From NCBI GenBank assembly GCA_030390025.1, contig CM059432.1, positions 101,124,001 to 101,188,000 on the forward strand: DNA of 64,000 bases, written 5' to 3'. Origin of the DNA: Squalus acanthias (Eukaryota). Under the pieces are notes generated by a model that was given only the letters and a program-made list of their open reading frames with translations, did no database searches and was not told the origin of the DNA. The translations under genes and the position numbers were made by a program. Shown piece by piece: positions 52,201-64,000 of the stretch; position 1 is the stretch's first letter; each line of letters starts with the position of its first letter.

Positions 52201-52297
52201 TTTATATCCTTTCACTGGACCCGCTCGGGACCCGACTGGCTCGGAGCCCTGAGTCATTGCACGGATTGCATGGCCCTAATGTCACCCCTGGTTACGT

Positions 52298-52298
<1 letters not shown>

Positions 52299-52330
<32 letters not shown>
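52299..52330. repeat. (CA)16 microsatellite
   Basis: Read directly from the sequence. Confidence 0.95.
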
Positions 52331-52333
<3 letters not shown>

Positions 52334-52779
52334 TATGTATACATTGCCAGTGTGAATGCACCTAAAATTTTAGGCATACATTTACAGCCCATTCAGAATT
52401 GGCAAAAACTGAGCTGTACTTTGCTACGGAGGGCAGAGTTATATTAATCAGCAGTAGAAGGTTTCAGCGAAGGTTTTGTCGAATTGGCATATAAGATCGA
52501 GGAAATTTGGGTGTAGCCTCCGAACAGGCGTAAGCCACTTCCGCCCAAATTTCCTTGATCCTTTGCACCAATAATCAGCATTACGCCGTACATTGTTTCG
52601 GTGCAAGTTTTCAAAAAAGTATTTTTAATACATTTACAATGTTGCTTCAAAGCAATTATTCTATTTCAGACTGAATTCCAAAATGAACATTTTGTTTCCA
52701 GAACAAATTACAGACTACTAGAGCAAGGTCTGGACTTTGAATCACTAACATGTTATTCGAATGATTTTTGTGTTGGCAT

Positions 52780-53010
52780 ATGAATATAAATTTGCGAAGC
52801 TCCACGCCTGACGTGGAGTCTTGCTTGACAGGAGCACAGATCAGAGAATCCAATATGGAGGTCAGTGCCCTTGACTAGTGATCATCTGGTGATTATCACA
52901 GGAAGATCTGGAACATCGGAATCAACTGAGGTGACCTCTGAGCCAAACTCTCTATTAAGTGCTCCTGTCAAGCAAAGCTCCATGCCAGGAGTGGGGCCTC
53001 ACAACATTCA
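52780..53010. repeat. Old foldback element with ~45-bp imperfect inverted arms
   Basis: 17-bp perfect inverted repeat ttgcttgacaggagcac (52821-52837) / gtgctcctgtcaagcaa (52959-52975), extending imperfectly outward. Confidence 0.6.
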
Positions 53011-55645
53011 CCCTATAGTTGATTTAAATTAAAATCTGGGACTCAATACAATTGCAACATGCTATTTTCATCTAATGATAAGGAAATTAGGGCCTGTAAT
53101 TTAAATTTTTTTTAAATAGAATTTAACTGATACTTTGTAAAACTGACAAACTAAATACAATTTGAAATAATAGTGCCCGATCATGGTAAACTGCCTCTTG
53201 ATGGGTGTATTCTAAAAGTTGTTTTGATTTTTCTCATGCCATCAATACATTTGTAGGCTAGATTTCCCTTGGTCTCCCTTCTGTTCTTTGTAAAGTAGGG
53301 CTAAGTTTCCGATAAAATAAACTTGAAAGTGCGATGCAGGCAACAAAGTTTAGCAGGTAAAAAATCTTAGCAGTGTTTAAAAATGAATAACAATTCACAC
53401 TTCAAGAGTCTCAAAAAAAATCTGTTAAAGAACAATGGCCTCGATGTTTGTGTGGGTGGATGTCATAAGCTCGCCTACAACAGTGGAATGAACATTTAAT
53501 TTCCATTGGTATTACACTGTCATTTTAACAGCAGAGAAAAAAAAGCTGCTGCTAGTGGAAGAAGAAAGGGTGGACAGCCAGCTCAAGGCGAAAATAGGGC
53601 CAGAAACTTCCCAATAATTGTTTTAAATACTACTTAAAGAAAAATAATAGTCAGCAGAGATCTGGAAAACAAAACATTGCTGTTTTAATAAAAGATATGT
53701 GCACGCAAAGTAAATGAACAAGACAAGAAGTGAGGCAGCAGATATTCCATAAAATTTTATTCCCAATTGGCTAGTTATCCAGCAGTTCAGAAGCTGAAAG
53801 TGAAGTTATGACAGGTATGGATTTCTGCACCTCAAGACTTCTGGATTCTAATCTTCAGTAAATTCAGCACTTCCTTGCAGAAGGAACATATTTCTCTGCT
53901 CTCTCCAGCGTACAGCCCTGGTCCCAAAGAAACTTGCTGTTCTCAGCAGACCCTTGCCTTGGAGCAGAGTTCACTGCAAAGTGCCAATGGCATGACATGC
54001 AAGTTCCACATTATAATGAAGATAATTTTTTGCTAAGAACCTAAGAAAACATAGGTTCAGGAAAGGATTTTCAGCCCAGAAGGACCGCTTTGTTCCACAT
54101 GCCAAGCGTAAATTTCTGTTCCTGTGGCAATGCTGCAGAAGGGCAGGATTTTTGCCCACCTGTTCTGCCACTGATCCCGTCAAATCAGCAAATTTCCTGG
54201 AGTCAGTCTTATGCAGATGATTTGATGGGCTCCTGCTGGTGTTTCCACCTGTGCCAAGAATCCACCATGGGAGTGGGGCAGAAAAAAATTCACTGCTGCG
54301 TTCAGCAGGGGCTCTGTAGTTCACAAACACAAGAAGCCTTTCAGCTAATACCCAAGATATGGTAGAGTAAGTCCATTTGAAGATGAACCACCATAGATGC
54401 AGCTCATTGAAATCAGTTAAATGTTTAAAACTTTAACCCAGATTCTTTTTTCAAGGGTAAGGGCTCATTTTGCATGCAGCACAAGCACCCAGCAGAACTA
54501 TCGCCACCGAGAAGGAGCCCACCACTAGGAGGGAGGAAAACACAGCACCAAGAGGAGGAGGAAGCATCTTAAAGGGGCAGAAGACTTTCAAAAAAAAATT
54601 GACATGCTCTCCACGAGCCAGGGAGGGGGCCCTCTAAAAATAGATTGGGGGGGCCTGATGAAACGGAGAGGAACCCATTGCTTGGGCTACTACCTCCAAC
54701 ATTCTCCCGAGTGGGATTGCCACCAGATTGTGGGTACAGAGTCACTGACCCAGCGCCTATTGTTTTCCCTCTCCTAGTGGCCCCTAAGGTCGGTGGTGGC
54801 AGTCTGGACAGCCTACTTCCCTGTGGTTGAGGAGGTAGGTAAATGCAGGTTGGGGATGGTGAGGGTAGGGATGCACTAGTAGACACCCCCACCTCCAGAA
54901 AAAGTGGCACTGTAGTTTGTTCAAAGGCTCAGAGGCACAAGGCACAGGAATTGCATGTCTACCAGGCAGATTTCGATGCAGTTCATGGACTTCTATGGTC
55001 CAGGGGGATCAGCAGACATGGTGGAATACCTGGTGAGAATTGAACAGGTTTTATAAGTGAGTTTTATTCTATTTTCAGTGGAAGTTAAAGGGATCCTCAA
55101 CTGCAGTCAGGGAAAAATGGATGGTGTTTCGGGAAACATTTTTATGGCAGTTGCTTGTGGGTTTTAAGCCTTAAAGGCTTCCAAATTTAATGCTGTAGGT
55201 TCTGCACACAAGATTCCTGTTGCTCTAAAGTACCCTTCACATTCAGTTGCCCGACCCGATTTCCCACCTCCAGATCAGCAAGCTGCCGATTGCGTAATGC
55301 GTTTCATGCTGACAGCTTGTCGACTGCATAATAATGGGATCAGCGCCCACACTAACACCTCTGGGCGGCTACCACACACTTGCCATCCACCATCTGCCCA
55401 AATAGTACTCTAAACGAAAATCGCCTCACCAGTTTGTGTAATGCTCCAACATATCTGGATAGTTAAAGTATTTCTGAGTTGAAAATCTACACAGTGAAAA
55501 TTTTGAATGCTTCCTAGTATATTACAGTGAACTAAAAAAAAAACACTAGTCAAGCCAGGGAGAAAAATAGAGGGTAAAAAAACAAAAGTATCTAGCAGTC
55601 ACATTATTGGATGCACCTTTTAAGTATATAAATAAATAGTGTTGT

Positions 55646-56794
55646 CGCACCAACGCTCTTCTCAATCTTCCTTGCTGCAATGCTCCATCTCACCCTCAGT
55701 AAGCTCCCCACTGGAGTGGAGCTGATTTACAGAACAAACGGGAAATTGTTCAACCTCCGTCGCCTCCAGTCCAGATCCAAGGTCGTCCCATCCTCTGTCG
55801 TCGAATTACAGTATGCAGACGACACTTGTGTCTGCGCTCACTCGGAGGTCGAACTCCAAACCATCATCAACACCTTCACTGAAGCGTACGAGAGCATGGG
55901 CCTTACACTAAACATCCGTAAGACAAAGGTCCTCTACCAACCTGCCCCCGCCACACAGTACTGCCCCCCGATTATCAAAATCCACGACAATGCCTTGGAC
56001 AACGTGGACCACTTTCCATACCTCGGGAGCCTACTGTCAACAAGGGCAGACGTCGATGACGAAGTCCAACACCGCCTTCAGTGTGCCAGTGCAGCCTTCG
56101 GTTTGAAGACCAGGACCTCAAACCCGGCACTAAGCTCATGGTCTACAGAGCAGTAGTGATTCCCACCCTGCTGTATGCCTCAGAGACATGGACCATGTAC
56201 AGCAGGCACCTCAAAGCACTGGAGAGGTACCACCAACGCTGCCTCCACAAGATCCTGCAAATCCATTGGCAAGATAGGCGCACCAACGTCAGTGTTCTCG
56301 CTCAGGCCAACATCCCCAGCATCGAAGCTTTGACCATGCTCGATCAGCTCTGATGGACGGGTCACATTGTCCGCATGCCCGATACGAGACTCCCAAAACA
56401 AGCGCTGTACTCGGAGCTCCAGCATGGCAAGAGAACCCCAGGTGGGCAGAGGAAATGCTTCAAGGACACCCTCAAAGTCTCCTTGAAAAAGTGCAACATC
56501 CCCACCAACACCTGGGAATCCTTGGCCCAAGACCGCACAAAGTGGAGGAGAAGCATCCGGAAAGGCGCCAAACACCTCGAGTCTCTTCGCCGGGAGCAAG
56601 CGGAAGCCAAGCGCAGGCAGTGCAAGGAGCGCACATCAACCCAAGCACCCCACCCACCAGCCCCTTCAACCACCGTCTGCCCCACCTGTGACAGAGACTG
56701 TAGGTCCCACATTGGACTCATCAGTCACCTGCGAACTCATTTTTAATGTGGAAGCAAGTCATCCTCAGTTCTGAGGGACTGCCTAAGAAGAAGA
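55646..56794 (+). mobile_element. RTE-clade LINE, 5'-truncated
   Basis: LQYADD, GLTLNIRKTK, FPYLGS, LLYASETW, RLPKQALYSEL and a C-terminal C2H2 finger (CPTC...HLRTH). (AAG)n tail and an 18-bp TSD ataaataaatagtgttgt at 55628-55645 and 56795-56812. Confidence 0.92.
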
Positions 56795-57370
56795 ATAAAT
56801 AAATAGTGTTGTGGTAGGTTTCCTGTGAATAATAAAATATTGTAAAAGCTAACTAGCAGGTTACATAAGATTTTACTTAATTATAGATCAGAGTTCTTTT
56901 ATGTTATGCAGTCAAGTAAATGGCTTGTGATTATTGGATGGATGCTTTCAACCTGTACTCTTGTGGGTATAATTATTTATGAGATGGATGGGATAATGCT
57001 GAAACAGTGAGAATATATTAGAAAGTACTCAACATACACAAAGTCCAATATTCTCAACCTTTGGGGAGAGAGGGAACAGCCGAACAAAGCATTATGGAGA
57101 GTTGAAAGACAACTGAAGTTCTAGCTATCACCTCTGAAATGCTATATGTTTCCAGGCAGAAATATTGCCTTTCCCTAGTGACACATTGCTACTGAATCCA
57201 CATCATCTCCAGCAGTCAATTTATTTCTAAAATGACTTAGTTCCTAAAATTATGATTATAGATGTTGGTTTCAGAGTTAATTCTACAACAGCTTATTGAT
57301 TTAAAAACATGTACTGACTGTGTACTTTAATTCTTTTTGACATCACCCGGCAATAATCTCCAGAAACACT

Positions 57371-58103
57371 GGGGGCGATTTTGTGAATGGAGGCGAGTTG
57401 GAGGCGGGACTGCTGCTTGTTGGGTTTCAGTCCCGCCTCCATCGAGTTGTGGCCAACCCACGCTATTTTCCCTTGATTGACTTTGTTAAGCCCGCCCAGC
57501 GGGCTTAGCAGGCCAATTAAGGGAAAGCCGGTTGCAGAGCACGTCAAACAGTGACAATCTCTGCAGTTTGATGATGTCTTGCATACAAGACCTCATCAAA
57601 CTTCTTTCTTTTACAGAATTGAGATGTTTGTTGCATCTGCAACACGGAGGTGCGAGACTCTCCATATAGAAACCGACTAAAGCCTGCAGGAAGAAACAAA
57701 GGTAAGTACACTTTTAAAAACACTTCGGACTTACCTCAGATACTCACCTCTACACTCTTGCACCCATCACTTACCTTCACACCACACTTTTGCAACCCCC
57801 CCCACCCGACCCCTGCAGACCCAGTACTCGCCTCGCCTCGCCTCGCTGGCGGGTTTTGGTGCCGTCGGGAAGCCCGCACTTGTGAGGGCAAAAACAGGAT
57901 AATCCTATTTTCAGGCAATTAATAGGCTTTAATCTCTTCCCGCCTCCAAGGAGATGGGATCCGACGCGAGACGGCAACCCGCCTCCTGGGAAGATGGCAT
58001 GGAGGCGGGTTGGGGACGGGTTTGCCACCCGCCCCCAATTCTGCCATTTTCCCAGCAGTCCCGCCTCCATACCCGCCTCCTTGGGGCTGAGAAAATCGCC
58101 CCC
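57371..58103. mobile_element. Harbinger-type MITE (733 bp)
   Basis: 12-bp perfect TIR gggggcgatttt / aaaatcgccccc and a 3-bp TSD act. A related copy lies inverted at 63167-64000. Confidence 0.8.
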
Positions 58104-58861
58104 ACTGAAACTGTAGTTCACGTGCCAGCTTCACAATGAAGTTAGTTGCCTTGTGTCTTGGAAAAAACATGTGCAACATATTTTAGTTGTATATCACACA
58201 TTGTATTGCACATTAGGGGATAGAGTTTCTGCTTTGGGTGCAGTTGGTTATCTGACCGCAAATTCCAGGTCATCATTTTCTTCAACACTTATAAAATGAA
58301 TCCACTTGGATTTCTGTGATCAAAGGGCTCTCAGTTACTGCTGAGGCTCAGGCTGAGTGTAATGGCCCAAGGGAATGTGTATACACATCACTGAAGTTTT
58401 AATGCTTGAGTTACCACTACTGGATTGTTTCCTGGTTGAACTCACAGTAAAGGTGAAATTATTGATCTGGATTTTTGGGTTTAATTTCTGTGCTCTTTGT
58501 ATTGCTCCTGGTCACTGGTACATCTCATGTATGATTTTACTAAATGTTGTACAAGAACAGGGGAAAGGATTGATAATTAGCAGTGGTAACATGTTTGGTG
58601 TGATGTCTAGTTAAACTAGAGTGAAGGTCAAACCTCTCCAGTATGGGATGAGGAGCTGGTTTTAAAATGTTTTAACTTTGAAGGCTGTGGAAAGTAAAAT
58701 TACATAGATTTGCATAAGCCATTTTGCCCAACAGGTCTAAGCCGGTGTTTTTGTTCCACAGGAGTCTCCTCCCACCTTACTTCATCTTACCTATCAACAT
58801 ATCCCTTTATTCCTTTCTCTCTCCTGAACTTATCTAGATTCCCATTAAAAGCGTTTATGGT

Positions 58862-60432
58862 ATAGAAGCATAGAAGCATAGAAGATAGGAGCAGGAGTAG
58901 GCCATTCGGCCCCTCGAGCCTGCTCCACCATTTAATGAGATCATGGCTGATCATCCAAATTCAGTACCCTGTCCCTGCTTTCTCCCCATATCCCTTGATC
59001 CCTTTAGCCTTAAGAAATATATCTATCTCCTTCTTGAATATATTTAATGAATTGGCCTCAACTGCCTTCTGTGATAGAGAATTCCACAGGTTCACCACTC
59101 TCTGGGTGAAGAAATTCCTCCTCATCTTAGTCCTAAATGGCTTACCCCTTATCCTTAGACTGTGACCTCTGGTTCTGGACTCCCCCGCCATCGGGAACAT
59201 CCTTCCTGCATCTAGTCTGTCTAGTCCTGTTAGAATTTTATAAGTTTCAATGAGATCCCCTCTCATTCTTTGAAACTCTAGCGACTATAAACCTAATCGA
59301 CCCAATCTCTCTTCATACGTCATTCCTGCCATCCCAGGTATCAGTCTGGTAAATCTTCGCTGCACTCCCTCCATGGCAAGAACATCCTTCCTCAGATAAG
59401 GCGACCAAAACTGCACACAATACTCAAGGTGTGGTCTCACCAAGGCCTTGTACAACTGCAGCAAGACATCCTTGCTCCTGTACTCGAATCCTCTCGCTAT
59501 GAAGGCCAACATACCATTTGCCTTCTTAACCGCCTGCTGCACCTGCATGCTTACCTTCAGCAACTGGTGCACAAGGACTCCCAGATCTCGTTGCACTTCC
59601 CCTTTTCCCAATCTATTGCCGTTCAGATAATAATCTGTCTTCCTGTTTTTGCCACCAAAGTGGATAACCTCGCATTTATCCACATTATACTGCATCTGCC
59701 ATGCATCTGCCCAATCACCCAACCTGTCCAAATCATACTGGAGTTTCTCTGCATCCTCCTCACAGCACACACGCCCACCCAGCTTTGTGTCGTCTGCAAA
59801 CTTGCAGATATTACATCTAGTTCCCTCGTCTAGATCATTAATATATATTGTGAATAGCTGGGGTCCTAGCACCGATCCCTGCGGTACCCCACTAGTCACT
59901 GCCTGCCACTCGGAAAAAGATCCGTTTATTCCAACTCTTTGCTTCCTGTCTGCCAACCAGTTCTCTATCCAAATCAGTACCTTACCACCAATCCCATGTG
60001 CTTTAACTTTGCACGCTAATCTCTTATGCGGGACCTTATCGAAAGCCTTCTGAAAGTCCAAATACACCACATCCACTGGTTCTCCCTTATCTATTCTACC
60101 AGTTACATCCTCAAAAAATTCCAGTAGATTAGTCAGGCATGATTTACCTTTTGTAAATCCATGTTGACTTTGTCCGATCCTGTCACTGTTTTCCAAGTGC
60201 TCTGCTATTACATCTTTTATAATGGACTCTAGCATTTTGCCCACTACCGATGTCAGGCTATAATTCCCCATTTTTTCTCTACCACCTTTTTTAAATAGTG
60301 GGGTTACATTAGCTATCCTCCAATCCATGGGAACTGTTCCAGAGTCTATAGAATTTTGAAAGATGACCAGCAATACATCTACTATTTCTAGGGCCACTTC
60401 CTTAAGTACCCTAGGATGTAGACTATCAGCCA
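58862..60432 (-). mobile_element. CR1 LINE, 5'-truncated, near-intact RT
   Basis: ORFs 59285-60433 and 58961-59266 are in the same frame with one stop. Complete CR1 RT motifs and a repeated short tail unit. Confidence 0.93.
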
Positions 60433-60559
60433 ACTGCTCCAGGTGATAGCACTTTCCACATTTTGACCACTCTCTTTGTAAAGAAGTTACTCCTAAATTC
60501 CCTATTGGATTTATTCGTGACTATCTTATATTTATGGCCCCTAGTTTTGGTCTCCCAAG

Positions 60560-62310
60560 ATTATGGAAGACTGGTGTGTGAGAGATTTGTGCACAGAGCT
60601 GCAAGAATCTGATAAATGGAGTGGCTTGTAAGCAAAGTGGCAACAGGAACTTGGTGAGAGTCAGAATTCGCTGCAGAGGGGGAAGGAGGTGTTAAGTAAT
60701 TTATGCCAAGTTAAAACAGTAAATATATAAATAATCAGAGTAACTAATTAGATCTAAAGAGATTTTGTTAAGAAAATTGATGGGACAGCTGTGACCTGTT
60801 GCCTGTAATTCCTGTGCCATGTGGAAACTCCAGGACGCATCATGTGTCCTGTATAACGATGTGTGCAGGAAGAGCCTCCAGTTGCTCAAACTCGAGTTCA
60901 GGATTTCTGAGCTTGAGGAGCGACTGGAGTCACTGCAGGGCATACCGAAGGCTGACAATTTCCTGGAGCACACATTCCAGGAGGTGTTCACCCCGCAGCT
61001 ACAGAGAGTTCATGGGGATAGTAAGGGTGTGGCCATCCGGCAGGGTATGAAGAGTGCAGGAATCTTTCAGGAGTATGGCACTTTCAAACCAATTTTCAGC
61101 ACTGAATACCAGTGAGGGTGACGTCACCTTGGGGAAGTGCAATTTAGAGCACATCCACGACACTGTGGGGTAAATGACTGTGTAGAAAATAGGGGATTCA
61201 ATAGTCAGGGAGTAGACAGGCGTTTCTGCAACTGCCAATGTGATTCCCATATGGTGTGTTACCTCCCTGGTGCCAGGGGAAAGGATATCACTGAGAGGCT
61301 GCAGAACAATTTGAGGGGGAAATGGGAACAGCCAGAAGTCATGGTCCATGTGGGAACCAATGACATATGAAGGAAAAGGGTTGAGGTCCTGCAGTCTGAG
61401 TTTCTGGAGCTAGGGAGGAAGTTAAAAAGCAAGACCTCAAAGGTAGTAATCTCTGGATTACTTACAGTGCTACGCGCTGGTGAGTATTGGAATAGTAGGA
61501 TAAAACAGGTTAACTCGTTGTTGGAGAATTAGAGCAGGGGAGGGCTTCAGATTCCTGGGACATTTGACCAGTTCTGAGGCAGAAGGGACATGTTCAAGAT
61601 GAACGGGTTGCACCTCAACAGAGCTGGGAACAACGTCCTCGCGGGAAGGTTAACTGGTACAGTGGGGAAGGGTTTAAACTAATTTTGGCTGCGGATGGGT
61701 ACCAGGATGAAACATTAGAGAGGATAAACAAGGTGCACGTAGCACTGGGAGAGGCAAATAACACTAGAGTAAAGAATAGTTCAGAATTAGGAGAAATCAG
61801 ACATGGGGCAAATACAAAGCAGTCTAAGATGGGTTTGGAGTGCATGTACGTAAATGCACGCAGCATGGTAAATAAGGTTGGCGAGCTGCAGGCACATGTC
61901 GCCACATGGGACTGTGATATAGTGACAGTAACAGAGACCTGCCTCAAAGAAGGGCAGGACTGGGAACTTTCCAGGCTACAAGGTATTCAGGAAAGATAGG
62001 GAAGGTTCAAAAGGAGGGGATGGCAGTATTGATCAAATAAACCATTATAGCACTGTAGAGGAATTATGTAGTTGAGGGGTAAAAGACCGCATCTATTTAG
62101 TTAGAATTAAGGAACAATAGAGGTGCTATTATGCTACGGGGTGTGTCGTATAAGCCACTAAATAGTGGGAAGGAGATGAAGGAGCAAATTTGCAGGCAAA
62201 TTACAGAAAGATGCAAGAACTACAGAGTAGTGATAATAGGGGACTTCAATTATCCTAATATAGACTGGGATCGTAACAGTGTAAAAGGCAAAGAGGGGGT
62301 GGAATTCAGA
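60560..62310 (+). mobile_element. CR1 LINE 5' part: ORF1 (zinc finger, leucine zipper, SGNH esterase) and start of the ORF2 endonuclease, decayed
   Basis: LEFRISELEERLESL, DRRFC...VCYLPGAR...VHVGTND, then YVNARS...VTET and IIGDFNYPNIDW. Confidence 0.85.
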
Positions 62311-63166
62311 ATAACATAAAAACATATGAATTAGGAGCAAGAGTAGGTCATACGCCTTTCGAGCCTGCTCAGCCATTCAATAAGATCATGGCTGATCTTT
62401 GACCTCAACTCCACTTTCCTGCCCGATCCCCATATCCCTTGATTCCCCTCAAGTCCAAAAATCTATCTATTTCAGCCTTGAATATACTCAACGACTCAGC
62501 ATCCACAATCCTTTGGGGTAGAGAATTCCAAAGATTTACAACCCTCTAAGTGAAGAAATTCCTTTTCATCTCAGTCTTAAATGGCTGACCCCTTATCCTG
62601 AGACTATGCCCCCGAATTCTAGATTATCCAGCCAGGGGAAACAACCTCTTAGCATCTACCCTGTCAATCCCCTTCAGAATCTTGTATGTAGCAATGAGAT
62701 CACCTCTCATTCTTCTAAACTCCATAGAGTATAGGCCCAATCTACTCAATCTCTCCTCATAGGACAACCCTCGCATCCCAGGGATCAATCTAGTGAACCT
62801 TTGTTGCACCCTCTAAGGCACATATATCCTTCCTCAGATTAAGAGACCAAAACTGTGACACAGTACTCAAGGTGTGGTCTCACCAAAGCCCTGTTCAATT
62901 GTAGTGAGACATCCCTACTCTTGTACTCCAACCCCCTTGCAATAAAGGCCAACATACCATTTGCCTTCCTAATTGGTTGCTGTACCTGCATGCTAACTTT
63001 ATGTGTTTCCTGTACGAGGACACCTAAATCTCTCTGAACACCAACATTTAATAGTTTCTTACCATTTAAAAAAAATTCTGTTTTTCTATTCTTCCTACCA
63101 AAGTGAATAACCTCACATTTCCCCACATTATACTCCATTTGCCACCTTATTGCCCACTCACTTAAC
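62310..63166 (-). mobile_element. CR1 3' fragment interrupted by a MITE
   Basis: WQMEYNVGKCEVIHFG...LVRPHLEYC, QRRFTRLIPG-like motif and a CR1 tail. Confidence 0.88.
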
Positions 63167-64000
63167 GGGGGGAATTTTGCCAGCCTTGGGGAGGCGTGTA
63201 TGGAGGCGGGACTGCCGGGAAAATGGCAGAAACTGGGAGCGGGTACCGACCCCGCTCCCAACCCACCTCTGTGCTATTTTCCCGGGAGTTGGGTCCCCGA
63301 CTCGCGCAGGGACCCGTCTCCTTGAGGCGGGAAGGGGATTACAGCCAATTAACTGCCTGTTAACAGGTAGTTAACAGGCAGTTTTGAGGCTTATCCCTAT
63401 TTTACCCCTGCAAGTGCGGGCTTCTCGATGGCTGCGAACCTCGCTAGGGTCAGCGAGGTGAGCAGTGGGTCTGCGAGGCTGAGAGGGGTCAAGATGTCAG
63501 ATGTAGAAGTGAGTGATGGGTACAAGTGTGGAGAGGTAAGTATGAGAAGTGAGTGTAAAGTGTTAGAAAAAGTTTACTTACCTTTGCTTCTTCATGCAGG
63601 CTTCAACCCTTGGGGATCCGGAGGTGCTTCATCTCAATGGCAGAGATGACAGAATGGCTGCTGCATTCTCAGATGCAGCAGCCATCTGCTTTCTGCTGAG
63701 GAGAGAGGTTTTGGTGAGTCTTTGTGCAAGGGCTCACCTTAGAACAGAGATCATCAGTGTTTGACAGCTTCTCAAAGCTGTCAAACGCTGACAATTCATC
63801 TGTCAAAAAATTTTCAACAGATGAAACGTCATACGCTGACGTCCACTGTCACTGGCTTTCCCTTAATTGGCCAGCTAAGCCCGCAGGGTGGGCTTAACAA
63901 GGTCAATCAAGGGAAAATAGCGTGGGTTGGCCAGACGTCGTTGGGGGCGGGATTGAAACCCGAAAACCAGCAGTCCTGCCCCCAACGTGCCCCCATTGAC
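63167..64000. mobile_element. Harbinger-type MITE related to 57371-58103, inverted, running off the window end
   Basis: tatggaggcgggactgc.gggaaaatggcagaa and aatcaagggaaaatagcgtgggttggcc are reverse complements of segments of 57371-58103. Confidence 0.8.

Noticed and set aside
58862..62310. Possible single CR1 with a twin-priming 5' inversion
   Set aside because: The geometry fits, but the plus-strand part is much more decayed, another CR1 scrap separates the two parts and no shared TSD was found. Independent insertions are more likely.

Overview
Eukaryotic (vertebrate) genomic DNA, most likely from a cartilaginous fish. That assignment is an inference from the DeuSINE/SacSINE1-like SINE and the CR1/L2/Penelope repeat landscape. 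The window lies inside a very large minus-strand CUB-and-Sushi gene, best matching CSMD3. Only two coding exons are visible (25232-25344 and 8569-8646); they splice in frame across a 16.6-kb intron. The rest is intron filled with transposons: many CR1, L2 and RTE LINE fragments, a young full-length Gypsy LTR element with no tRNA primer-binding site, and a decayed two-gene Harbinger element with several Harbinger-type MITEs. Two Penelope-like families carry minimal hammerhead ribozymes: one 2.7-kb inverted-repeat copy, two pure-hairpin mini copies, and ~100-bp solo copies with TSDs. The most unusual feature is a 4.17-kb non-autonomous hAT element with a perfect 8-bp TSD whose interior carries a cluster of five tRNA-gene relics (Thr, Lys, Phe, Ile, Lys), three of them hollowed out by internal deletions. 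Coordinates of decayed repeats are approximate; exon, TSD, LTR and hairpin coordinates were read base by base.
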